DNA of 64,000 nucleotides from Candidatus Bathyarchaeota archaeon (lineage in GTDB: Archaea > Thermoproteota > Bathyarchaeia > Bathyarchaeales > Bathycorpusculaceae). Under the pieces are notes generated by a model that did not search any database, had not been told where the DNA came from, and saw nothing but the letters and a program-made list of their open reading frames with translations. The stretch lies in NCBI GenBank assembly GCA_963715865.1, contig OY970280.1, forward strand, positions 288,001 through 352,000, in the 5' to 3' direction. Shown in pieces: positions 10,366 through 19,833 of this stretch; within the stretch, counting starts at the first letter, position 1, and every line of letters starts with the position of its first letter. A program made the position numbers and the translations under genes.

Positions 10366-12185
10366 CAAAAAATAAAATTTGTCGGCAACAGATCAGAACT
10401 GATATTCAAGGAAGATTTTTAGGTGGCAGAGGTCTAAACTCTTTTCTTCTGTATCGTTTCTTACAGCCAGAAACAGAACCTTTAGGCCCAGACAACCTGC
10501 TAATTATCAGCACTGGACCCTTCACGGGGACTCAAGCTCCAGCAAGTAGCCGTTTTACAGTCAGCGCCAAATCTCCAGAAACTGGAATTTTGGGAGACAG
10601 CAATTGCGGCGGCTTTTGGGGTCCCATGTTGCGTCGCGCGGGGTTTGACACACTGATAATTAAGGGAAAAAGCATTCGTCCAGTTTACATCTTGATCGAG
10701 GAATCCAGAGTTGAAATATTAGATGGAAGCGAAATCTGGGGAAAGGATACAATCGAAACCCAAAAGGTTCTAAAGAAAAATCACTCAGGCTCAGAAGCTA
10801 TCTGCATCGGTCAGGCAGGAGAGAATCTGGTACGTTTCGCCTGCATACGAACAGGCTTAAAAAGCGCAGCAGGCCGAACCGGAATGGGTGCCGTCATGGG
10901 ATCCAAAAACCTCAAGGCAATCGTCACCAGAGGATACAGAGAAGTCGAAGTGGCTTGCCCAGAAAAACTTGAGAAAGAACGAATTGATCTGACCAAGAAA
11001 ATACTGGAAAGAAAAGTTATCCACGCCTTGGCAAAGTATGGAACACCATACTTGGTAAGCATTCTTGATGCCGCTCAAAAGCTGGGAACGAAAAATTTTC
11101 AGTTAAGCCATTTTGACCAGATTGACCAAATTAGCGGTGAAGAATTTGAGGCTACCTACTCTTTGAGAACTGTAGGGTGTTTCGGCTGTCCAGTACGTTG
11201 CCGACATGTGTACGAACTGGACGGGGAAACTGCAGAGGGCCCCGAATTCGCGACAATTGGTTGCCTCGGCGCCAAATGTGGAATATCAGACTTACGGACC
11301 ATACTGAAAGCTAACTCTCTCTGCAACAAATATGGACTTGACACCATAACAACAGGAAGCCTGATTGCTTGGCTTATAGAATGCGTAGAAAAGAAAATGC
11401 TGGCTGGCGCTAAAGTTGATCCAAACCTTAGATGGGGAAACTCAGATGCCGTTTTGGGGCTGATTAAAAAAATCGCCTTCAGAGAAGGCATAGGAAACAT
11501 ATTGGCTGAAGGCGGACTTAGAGCAGCTCGGAAGTTGAATCCAAAAAGCGAAAAATACTTAGTCCACGTGAAGGGACTGCCCATAGAAGCGGTTGATGTT
11601 CGGTGGAACATGGGTTTTGCACTTGGTTTAGCTGTAGCTTCCAGGGGCGGAGACCATCTTAGAAATAGACCAACGCTTGAAAACTTGGATTTGCCAATGA
11701 CATTACTGGAAAAAATTTTCGGTGGCATAGTCTCATCGAATCCTTTGAGCTGCAAGGGAAAACCATTAATGGTGAAATGGGCTGAGGAGCTTTACGCAGT
11801 GACGGATTCATTGGGGATTTGCAGATTTGTCAGCTTATGGAATAGCCCCAACCTCCTTGGCTTTGAAGAGTTGGCAACATTGTACAGCCTCGTTACGGGC
11901 TGCCCATGTTCAGGCTTCGACTTGGCAAATGTGGGCGAAAATATAATCAACGTAGAAAGGATGTTCAACCTAAGAGAAGGCATAACGAAAAGGGATGATC
12001 AGTTGCCTTTGAGGTTTTTTGAGCCACCAATTGAAGGCAGAAAATGCAGCCTTACAGAAGCGAAAATGTCGTCCATGTTGGATGAGTACTATAAACTGAG
12101 AGGATGGACAAAGAAAGGCATTCCAAAAAAAGCTACAATTGCTAAACTTCAGGCAGATTTTGACCATATGCCAGTTTTTGTATAA
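10308..12185 (+). CDS. Tungsten-type aldehyde:ferredoxin oxidoreductase family protein
   Basis: FLGGRGL, AKSPETG, DSNCGG, GRTGMGAVMGSKNLKAI, CFGCPVRC, EGPEF, GLDTI and SRGGDHLR. Likely TTG start at 10308 after AGAGGG. Confidence 0.9.
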   Translation: MESEKDSDQLFGRVLTIDLTKNKICRQQIRTDIQGRFLGGRGLNSFLLYRFLQPETEPLGPDNLLIISTGPFTGTQAPASSRFTVSAKSPETGILGDSNCGGFWGPMLRRAGFDTLIIKGKSIRPVYILIEESRVEILDGSEIWGKDTIETQKVLKKNHSGSEAICIGQAGENLVRFACIRTGLKSAAGRTGMGAVMGSKNLKAIVTRGYREVEVACPEKLEKERIDLTKKILERKVIHALAKYGTPYLVSILDAAQKLGTKNFQLSHFDQIDQISGEEFEATYSLRTVGCFGCPVRCRHVYELDGETAEGPEFATIGCLGAKCGISDLRTILKANSLCNKYGLDTITTGSLIAWLIECVEKKMLAGAKVDPNLRWGNSDAVLGLIKKIAFREGIGNILAEGGLRAARKLNPKSEKYLVHVKGLPIEAVDVRWNMGFALGLAVASRGGDHLRNRPTLENLDLPMTLLEKIFGGIVSSNPLSCKGKPLMVKWAEELYAVTDSLGICRFVSLWNSPNLLGFEELATLYSLVTGCPCSGFDLANVGENIINVERMFNLREGITKRDDQLPLRFFEPPIEGRKCSLTEAKMSSMLDEYYKLRGWTKKGIPKKATIAKLQADFDHMPVFV

Positions 12186-12207
12186 AATAAAGCTCCCTAA
12201 GATTTTT

Positions 12208-13011
12208 TTAGAAATAATCACCAAGAGGCAGATACCAGTTTACACGGTTAGAAAGTTGTCGCAGTATTTTGATAATCCTGAGGGTTTTCGTGACAGGTTT
12301 GATCTTAATTTTTCCGAGAAAAAGAGCTGTTAGAGGATCCTGAAGAGCAAGTATGATTTCGCTGAAAGTGACTATGTCTGTCTGTATGCGTGCGTAAGGG
12401 TTTTCGCCGCTTTCGCCTTCCTCAACAGAAACAGTTCCATCAGGATTGATTCGGGCTGTAAACACGCCTGAATACGAGAGAAGCCTCTTATTGCCCAAAT
12501 TCACCAAGATATTTTTAGAGACTTTTGCATGTTTCGCTAATACTGGCTTATTATTCGACTCCAGAGTTTTCTTTATGAAGTCTATTGATGTGACTCCAAT
12601 AGAAAAGACGCTTCTGCCTATATTGAAGAAGCCATATTGGTATAGGGCTTGGTTAATTTTGTCGTCACTGCTTTCCCACGAGACCAATGCAGTAGCGTTC
12701 ATTTGCTTTGCGAAAAACTGTGCTTGATTGAGCAAGGCATTTGCCGTTTCCTGCTTTCTTTCCCAGACGCAGAGTTCCGATATTGTTGCGATGCGTGCTG
12801 TCGAGTAAAGGTGCAAGTTAACAATAAGATAGCCTAAGGTTCGGGTATCCTCTTTTGCCAAAAGCAAATGTGATTCTTGATTGTTGTATATTTCTGACCA
12901 TAAAAGGGGAGACCGAAGAGAGAAGCCGCTAAGCTCGCTTGTTGTCTCGTTGAATTTCTGAGAAAGCTGATATACCTCTGGGCTCTTCAGTGAGCATTCA
13001 ACTATGCTTAT
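12208..13011 (-). CDS. GNAT-like acetyltransferase with C-terminal SCP2-like domain (start uncertain)
   Basis: ORF track gives 12208..12867, but the frame stays open to 13029 with GNAT-like N-terminal residues (RSPLLW...LLLAKED..GYLIV). Only ATA/CTG/GTT alternative starts are available. Confidence 0.6.
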   Translation of the reverse strand: MSIVECSLKSPEVYQLSQKFNETTSELSGFSLRSPLLWSEIYNNQESHLLLAKEDTRTLGYLIVNLHLYSTARIATISELCVWERKQETANALLNQAQFFAKQMNATALVSWESSDDKINQALYQYGFFNIGRSVFSIGVTSIDFIKKTLESNNKPVLAKHAKVSKNILVNLGNKRLLSYSGVFTARINPDGTVSVEEGESGENPYARIQTDIVTFSEIILALQDPLTALFLGKIKIKPVTKTLRIIKILRQLSNRVNWYLPLGDYF

Positions 13012-13778
13012 CGTCGTCTTATCACACCCTCAACCATCAGTGTTACCAGCTTTGGTACACTTGAACCAGATATTTTCAGACTTATTCTTCTGAGAACAAA
13101 AGCCGCTAAAAGGCGTCGTTCATCCGACAAAACATCTGACAAAATTCTAAGGCGCGTCTTTACTGTTATATCGGGTTCGGACAAAATCTTGCATAGTTTT
13201 ATTTCGCCAGATATACAAAGGTCAATTGTAATTTTATCGTCAAGTAATAGCCTCAGAGTCACTGGCTTAGTTTTTTTTATGGGAATTCTTCTTCCAATTA
13301 ATCTATTTGCAGCTGGCAGTATTGAGGAAACTAGTCCTTCAAAATCTAAGATCTTTATTAAAACACGTGGTCGGTATACGGCTATCTCCCCGCACTTTCT
13401 TCGATAAAAATCTGTATATATGCTTTCACTGTTGAATCCATATATTATTGAGCCACTTCTTCGTTTTACTTCTCGATAGAGAAGGCTCATACCTTTGGAG
13501 AAAACTCCTTTTCCAGAATACGTCGGAAGAGTGGCTCCGTCGCCTCCCACGTATGCTTGAAGAAAATTATTGTTAAATTTCAAATCCCTACGCAGATAAT
13601 GCACGCAACCGATGATTTTTCCTTCGTCTTCGCACACGAAAATTAACCTCGGGTCAAAATTTGGGTTTTGCTTGTACTTTTTGCACCACTCTTCGACTGT
13701 GCCCCAATTGTTGTATACTTGATTGAGAAGCTCAACTATCTGGTGCTCGTCGCCGTCCTTATAATTTCTAAATTTCAA
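13008..13778 (-). CDS. GNAT acetyltransferase (Eis-like N-domain) with SCP2-like tail
   Basis: MKFRNYKDGD start, FVCEDEGKIIG, motif A (ATLPTYSGKGVFS), and C-terminal PDITV...LRI SCP2-like segment. Confidence 0.75.
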   Translation of the reverse strand: MKFRNYKDGDEHQIVELLNQVYNNWGTVEEWCKKYKQNPNFDPRLIFVCEDEGKIIGCVHYLRRDLKFNNNFLQAYVGGDGATLPTYSGKGVFSKGMSLLYREVKRRSGSIIYGFNSESIYTDFYRRKCGEIAVYRPRVLIKILDFEGLVSSILPAANRLIGRRIPIKKTKPVTLRLLLDDKITIDLCISGEIKLCKILSEPDITVKTRLRILSDVLSDERRLLAAFVLRRISLKISGSSVPKLVTLMVEGVIRRR

Positions 13779-13884
13779 TATGGCCTGTACCTTCCGTAGT
13801 GAAAGCCTTTGGGTCGTGGATGCCCGTGTATTTATGGCACTAGCTTATAAACTTAAATTAACCATTTTGGTCTAAGGTAAACGA

Positions 13885-14922
13885 ATGTTGATGCGGAAAG
13901 CTACGAAGAAAATTTGGATAATCGGCGCCGTAGCTTTTGGAACGGCTGCACTTTTATTTCTTCTCTTTTCCGCTGGACTGAACAGCGTTTGGACCGTTTT
14001 AATCCAAGCCAAAACTGAATACATCCTTTTGGCTTTAGCTATGACTTTATTAGGCTTGGTCGTCAGAGGCGTTCGGCGAGTTGTCTTCTTACGCAAGGTT
14101 GAATGCCAAATTAGCACACGCAGAATGTTCTTGATTCTGCTGAGCGGTTGCTTCTTTGAAAATGTTAGTCCGGCAAGACTTGGCGAGTTTTTTGTGCCCG
14201 CAGCACTCAGCGTGAAAGACAAGGCTCTTGGATCCTCTACTTTGTCATCGGTTATTGTTGAGCGAACACTTGATCTTGGCACCGCCTCGGCAATTGCGAT
14301 CTTGGGTATTCTTTCACTCAACTTGGATATGAGACTTAAATCAATTTTGATGGTAGGAATTGCTGTTACTTTAGTTTTAATGGTAATGATTCTACGATTG
14401 ACAAGCATTGTTGGAACAGTAGTGCATCAAATGACAAACCGGTTCAAGTTTTTTAGAAAAGTAGTAGCCAAAGACGCTGAAACTGGATTTCAGAATTTCA
14501 TGCAAAACTCCAAGACCAGCGTAGGTTTTCTGATTAAGAGCAAAAAAACCGCTATATTGGGTCTTGGTCTCACCCTTTTGCTTTGGTCTTTGAATGGTCT
14601 CAGATTATTTTTTGTAGTTGAGTCTGTGGGTTTAGAGGTTTCTTTGCTTCAAGCCACCGTAGTTGTTGTTTTTACAATCCTTTTAGCTATTGCTTCAATG
14701 GTGCCATTCGGATATGGAACGGCTGAACTCGCAATGGTGTTCATATTGACGTCTCTCGGAACCGAATTTATTCAATCAAAAGCGCTTGGAATTGCATTAA
14801 TCGACAGGTTTTTAGCTGTATGGCTTATTGTTCTAATCGGCGCCATAGCTAGTCTTAGATTAGGCAAGTTAGGCTATCAAAAATCAACCACTGGAAATGA
14901 AGCGAGAATTGAAAATGCATGA
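13885..14922 (+). CDS. Lysylphosphatidylglycerol synthase TM-domain / flippase-like protein (UPF0104/AglD2-like)
   Basis: Multi-TM protein with SPARLGE, ERTLD, PFGYGTAE and DR motifs. Confidence 0.8.
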   Translation: MLMRKATKKIWIIGAVAFGTAALLFLLFSAGLNSVWTVLIQAKTEYILLALAMTLLGLVVRGVRRVVFLRKVECQISTRRMFLILLSGCFFENVSPARLGEFFVPAALSVKDKALGSSTLSSVIVERTLDLGTASAIAILGILSLNLDMRLKSILMVGIAVTLVLMVMILRLTSIVGTVVHQMTNRFKFFRKVVAKDAETGFQNFMQNSKTSVGFLIKSKKTAILGLGLTLLLWSLNGLRLFFVVESVGLEVSLLQATVVVVFTILLAIASMVPFGYGTAELAMVFILTSLGTEFIQSKALGIALIDRFLAVWLIVLIGAIASLRLGKLGYQKSTTGNEARIENA

Positions 14923-15797
14923 CTGCTAGTAAATTTATGAACTGCGCGTCAAATCCGCCTGCTAACATACTTACGGTGGATGTTGAAGACTGGTATCATG
15001 GCATATCTAGATATGTTGAAGTGTCCTCACCTAAGTCAAGATTGCAGTATTCTCTTCCAATAATATTAGATCTCTTAAGGAAATACAGGGCGAAAGCTAC
15101 TTTTTTTGTGTTAGGCGAAGTGGCTCAAAATTTTCCTGAACTTGTAGAACAAATCGTCGCTGAGGGTCATGAAGTCGGGTGCCACAGCTTCTCACACAGG
15201 CATCTAGAAGAGATCGGGGCGGTCACTTTTGATGAAGAAGTTCGGAAAGCCACAAGACTACTGGAGAAAATTTGCGGATCGCCGATACTTAGTTTTAGAG
15301 CTCCAATTTTTAGCATAACAAAGTCTACTTTTTGGGGACTCAAAATAATTAAGAAACATGGTTACATTTTTGATAGCTCTATTTTTCCGACTTATCATCC
15401 ATTTTATGGTATTCCAAACGAGCCGTGCCAGCCACACTGTATTTTTTTTTCCAACAAGAAGAATAATGACTTAGAAGACGAAATTATCGAGTTTCCAATT
15501 TTAACGCGGAGATTTTTGAATACTAATATTCCTGTTGGTGGAGGAGCATACCTCAGGTTTCTTGGGCAGCTTTTTTTGGTGAATTCCGTAATTTACATGA
15601 ACACAAAAGGCTGGCCTGCCACGATATACATTCACCCATGGGAGTTGGATTCCTTTGTTCCCAACGTGAAATTCAATCCTGCAATAAGGTTCATCACTTT
15701 TCATAACGTTGGTAAAACTAAAAGGTATTTGGAAACGTTACTAAGGACTTTTAAATTTGTTTCAATTCGAGACTTTTGCAGGGGAGATATAACATGA
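14919..15797 (+). CDS. Polysaccharide deacetylase (CE4, DUF3473-type)
   Basis: LTVDVEDWYH, ATFFVLG, HEVGCHSFSH, FRAP, DSS, GGGAYLR and YIHPWE. Confidence 0.88.
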   Translation: MTASKFMNCASNPPANILTVDVEDWYHGISRYVEVSSPKSRLQYSLPIILDLLRKYRAKATFFVLGEVAQNFPELVEQIVAEGHEVGCHSFSHRHLEEIGAVTFDEEVRKATRLLEKICGSPILSFRAPIFSITKSTFWGLKIIKKHGYIFDSSIFPTYHPFYGIPNEPCQPHCIFFSNKKNNDLEDEIIEFPILTRRFLNTNIPVGGGAYLRFLGQLFLVNSVIYMNTKGWPATIYIHPWELDSFVPNVKFNPAIRFITFHNVGKTKRYLETLLRTFKFVSIRDFCRGDIT

Positions 15798-16480
15798 CTA
15801 TTGTTGCTGTTATTCCAGCGTATAACGAAGGAAAAACCATCAAAAAAGTGCTTGAAGCAACAATGCCTAATGTTGACAAGATAGTTGTGATTGATGATGG
15901 AAGCATAGACGATACTTACGATAAAGCAGTGGAAATTGCGACACACGTCATAAGTAATGGAACAAACAAAGGTTACGGCATCGCTTTTAAAAAAGGGGTC
16001 GAAAAAGCGATGCAGATTGGCGCCGACTGGATAGTTGCTTTAGATGCAGATGGCGAGCATAACCCCCAAGAAATTCCGAAACTTCTGAATGCTGCAAAGC
16101 AAAAGAATGCTGATGTGGTGCTCGGGTCGCGTTTCCTAAGAAATGGTGAGGCGGTCAAAATGCCCTTTATAAAACGTGCCAGCAATGCAATAAGCACGCT
16201 TATGTTCATTCTTCTCTATAGAGTGAAATTAACTGATTCACAATCGGGTTTTAGAGTTTACAAAAGAAGAGTGTTTGAACTCATCAATTGCTCTCAAAAC
16301 GGCATGTTGCTTAACACAGAGATACTCATAGCTTCGGCTAAGCGGGGATTAAAGCTTGTAGAAGTTCCAATTATCTCCATTTCGAGCGGAAGAAAATTTG
16401 GGAACCACCAATTTGAGGAAATTGCCTTATATCCTCTTCTTTTGGTTAGAGGCTATAGAAAAAAGTTTTCGTTGAAGTAA
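15794..16480 (+). CDS. GT2 glycosyltransferase (DPM1-like)
   Basis: IPAYNE, DDGSID, NKGYG, LDADGEHNP, VLGSRF and DSQSGFR. ATG at 15794 overlaps the upstream stop. Confidence 0.88.
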   Translation: MTIVAVIPAYNEGKTIKKVLEATMPNVDKIVVIDDGSIDDTYDKAVEIATHVISNGTNKGYGIAFKKGVEKAMQIGADWIVALDADGEHNPQEIPKLLNAAKQKNADVVLGSRFLRNGEAVKMPFIKRASNAISTLMFILLYRVKLTDSQSGFRVYKRRVFELINCSQNGMLLNTEILIASAKRGLKLVEVPIISISSGRKFGNHQFEEIALYPLLLVRGYRKKFSLK

Positions 16481-16631
16481 ATTTGATGAGAGTATAAAGG
16501 GTTAAATTGTAATAATTGCAGTCTGTCTTGAGGGTTATTCGATTTTGCTCAAAGCTTTAATTATTTAATTGGAAAAATGCTTTAAGTAATAATGAAGCAC
16601 TAAGACAAGCAAAAAGCTTGAGGACACGAAC

Positions 16632-18821
16632 TTGGCACGACCATCATATTCCTTTAGCCTGACACTCCTTGTCCTCTTACTATGTTCATTAGGGATTGTT
16701 TTTCCATCTCAGATAAATGACTACTTGCCTTCAAGAATTGTTGTCCTGTCAGCTGGGATAGTTCTTCTCTTTTTCCTAACAGGGTATTCAACTATTAAAT
16801 TGATCAAGAAATACTTGCCATCACAAAACAATCTTTTGGAGCAATTGTGCTTATCAATAGGTCTTAGCCTAGTCATAGTTATTATCGCTACATCCATCTT
16901 AAGCACGTACTTAGTTGTTTCCAGCTTTTCAGTTCTTTTAACCTTAGGCGGTCTTTCGCTGGCCTTTTCGATACTCAGCGAGGGACAGCGGTTCCGCCTT
17001 GGTGACCGCAATTCATTTCCACAAAAAGAGGAAATAGCCTCAACCAAGCGCACTAAGTTTTCTGAGCCTGCTTCGGTCGCATTAATTGCTTTATGGGTCG
17101 GTATAGTCTGTTTTGTCTTTTTCATCCACCCATTTCTGTCAGGCCAGTCCAACGGCTTAGCTTACTCCTTTGCCACAAACAATAATTTGGCAGATTTGGT
17201 TCTGTTGGTTTTAGTTACTTCTCTTCTGATTTATCGGTTCCGGAACGAAAAGAAACTGGCCGGTTTTGTAACAGTGCTAGTTTTGACCATAGCCTTATTG
17301 CTGTCTCTCAAGGCAAGAAGCTATCCTGCCCTTGTCTCCTTCGGGCTAGGAGACAGAGTTGGAATTGACAGCTGGGATTCGCTGGGGCACCTGATTGCTT
17401 TTCTTGGCAGCGGCAGATACTCACTTACTGAGCCGTTTCTTTGGTTGGTTAGAAATGGACAGATTATGGCGTCTCCCAACCCGTTTCCACCGGGCTACTT
17501 TAGCTTAATGGGTGCAACGGCTATGTTGTTGCAGGTGGATCCGCTTACGCTGACAAGAAGCGTCTTTCTTTTCGGCGTTCTGCAAACACTCTTCATTTAC
17601 TTGCTTACCAAAAAACTCACGGGAGACACAGTCAAGAGTCTCATGGCTGCGCTGCTTATAGCGTGTGGCACAGCAACAAGTGAAAACATAAAATTTACAA
17701 GCGGTGCCTTATCGCCAATAGCAGGAATTGGACTCGCGCTTGTACCTTTGGGTTTATATCTTTTAACTTTAGCTAAAACCAAGCTTACACGTCTTCTAGT
17801 AGTTCTTGTGGCATTAGGCTTACTTTATGTTCACCTCGCATCTGCTATCGTCTACATTCTCATGGTGATCGTATTTTATTTCAAACCAGAGGGTAAACCT
17901 GTACCCATCAAGAACTATGTAAAGACGCTTTGGGACAAAATCGCCAAAAACAGGACATATGTTATATCTGCATGCATGGTTGTTCTTGCTATCTCAGCCC
18001 CTATCGCTACCTTCTGGTATCAAACTTACTCTAACCCCAACGCGCAATACAGCGTTCATTATTCAGAGCGGTTTACCTTCTCGCTGCCATCTGCCCAAGA
18101 AATCGCTTATGTTCCATCCTTTACGGAAAACGCCTTGTTTTTCATATTGTTAGTCTACGGCATTGCTTCCTACTTTTTTGCTTCGCGCTACCGAAAAGAG
18201 GGAAAGTTTCTCCTCTACTGGAACTTAGCTCTAATTGTCTTGTACCTCCTTCTATTCTACACGAACCCAAAAATCGCCTACAGAATCTTAGCGTACCTAT
18301 ACCAGTCTGCATCCGTGATTGCTGCATGCGCGTTTGTTCACGACGTGCTAGAAAGGCGTTCTTCAAACTCGTTTAAGTCATTAAAGAAAAGATTAGCGGC
18401 GCTGTTGCTGCTTTCAACTCTGCTTTTTGCCGCCTTTTACCCAGTTTTCGAGGAGCCTTCAACGCCAGACGGGATATTTTTACAGCAGTCAACGCAGCAA
18501 AAACCATATTTCGATTTAGCCAACTGGATAAACGCTAACTTGACGACTGATAGTGCTGTTATAGTAAATAATTGTTCATCTTTTTCCGACCCCGTTAACA
18601 TCCTAAGAGATATGGGTATAACGATGATTGTTGGAACAAACATAACAGCACAAGATTACGAAAACATAAACGGAAACTTCACGAGCTCTTATGTTCTTGA
18701 TGCGCCAAACTATTCACCTGGAATTAATTGTACACAAACGGATACCATTTACTCAAGCCAAATTAGCAATTCAAGCAGTTTCATCAAACTATACAAACTG
18801 ACTTCAGTACTGAACAGTTAA
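16632..18821 (+). CDS. Large polytopic membrane protein, possibly a GT-C-fold glycosyltransferase
   Basis: More than 12 hydrophobic segments, a luminal loop with D-W..H and a PPG motif, a C-terminal soluble domain with N-glycosylation sequons, and glycosylation-cluster context. Confidence 0.55.
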   Translation: MARPSYSFSLTLLVLLLCSLGIVFPSQINDYLPSRIVVLSAGIVLLFFLTGYSTIKLIKKYLPSQNNLLEQLCLSIGLSLVIVIIATSILSTYLVVSSFSVLLTLGGLSLAFSILSEGQRFRLGDRNSFPQKEEIASTKRTKFSEPASVALIALWVGIVCFVFFIHPFLSGQSNGLAYSFATNNNLADLVLLVLVTSLLIYRFRNEKKLAGFVTVLVLTIALLLSLKARSYPALVSFGLGDRVGIDSWDSLGHLIAFLGSGRYSLTEPFLWLVRNGQIMASPNPFPPGYFSLMGATAMLLQVDPLTLTRSVFLFGVLQTLFIYLLTKKLTGDTVKSLMAALLIACGTATSENIKFTSGALSPIAGIGLALVPLGLYLLTLAKTKLTRLLVVLVALGLLYVHLASAIVYILMVIVFYFKPEGKPVPIKNYVKTLWDKIAKNRTYVISACMVVLAISAPIATFWYQTYSNPNAQYSVHYSERFTFSLPSAQEIAYVPSFTENALFFILLVYGIASYFFASRYRKEGKFLLYWNLALIVLYLLLFYTNPKIAYRILAYLYQSASVIAACAFVHDVLERRSSNSFKSLKKRLAALLLLSTLLFAAFYPVFEEPSTPDGIFLQQSTQQKPYFDLANWINANLTTDSAVIVNNCSSFSDPVNILRDMGITMIVGTNITAQDYENINGNFTSSYVLDAPNYSPGINCTQTDTIYSSQISNSSSFIKLYKLTSVLNS

Positions 18822-19101
18822 GCTTGGATGATTTAAAATTAGTTTGAAATTTTTGGCTTAGAGGTTCGAGGACCCAGTGTGAAGAATAATACCAGTTCCC
18901 AAAGTCTCTTCAATAGGCTTCAACAGACCTCTATCTTAACCCAATCTGCTTAACTATATCCCTGTGGCTGGTGATCTGCCATCGCTTAGGGCCGCTATTA
19001 CTTTTCTTTGCGAGGACCAAGTGTCATTTGTAGTATCCAACTCAATCATTATCGTTAGCTATATAAAAATGGTTTCAATCGCGCGCAACAAACCACCAAC
19101 T

Positions 19102-19530
19102 ATGGCAAAAAAAAGCAAGAAAAGCAGCTTCTTTGCCAAAAATGGTGTTCCGAAAAACGTCAAAGTTCAAGTCAAAGTGCAAAAAGAAGCAGGCACCGTA
19201 ATGGCAGATTCGGATATACTAAAGCGTATTTTAGGCAACCTAGTAACCAACGCAGTTCAAGCCATGCCAGAAGGCGGAAAACTCTCCATACAAGCCTACA
19301 AAGAAGCAAATGACTCAATCATAACCGTAGCGGACACAGGCGTAGGCATACCTGAAGAAGCCCAGGAAAAACTGTTTACACCATTGTTTACGACCAAATC
19401 TAAGAGGCAGGGATTTGGCTTAGCTGTGGTTAAGCGTATGACTGAATCGCTAGGCGGAACTGTCACATTTGAAAGTCAAGAGGGCAAAGGCACTAAATTC
19501 ATGATACGTTTGCCCCCCCCGAAGAGATAA
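19102..19530 (+). pseudogene. Orphan HATPase_c (histidine kinase C-terminal) fragment
   Basis: N box (NLVTNAVQAM), DTGVG, LFTPLFTTK, and G2 box altered to KRQGFG. No HisKA H-box and no sensor domain upstream. Confidence 0.7.
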
Positions 19531-19557
19531 ACGGTAAATTGGTCTTCAAAAAATGAA

Positions 19558-19719
19558 TTAGCCTTTGACGCAAGAATTTAATGTGTCTTTACCGCAAGTT
19601 AAATCGGATTCTGGTGGTGGCTTAAAGAACATATTCTCGAAGTGAAGTTCCATCCACTCGCTTCTCGACCTTTTCTGGTTTGAAGCTTGATCTATTTATG
19701 GTAAGATGCCATTAAACAT
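19558..19719 (-). pseudogene. Degenerate ribbon-helix-helix (CopG-like) gene
   Basis: Translates as MFNGILP*IDQASNQKRSRSEWMELHFENMFF. Homologous to 21464..21601 but with AAA->TAA and a one-codon deletion. Confidence 0.6.
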
Positions 19720-19833
19720 ACTCTGCTATCTTGCCTGAAACAAATAACAATTCAAATAAGCTAACTTAAACTAATACAGGCTGCTTTGGAAGCTTCAACA
19801 TAATATAAATAGTTGTTGTTTTATAGTGCTATT

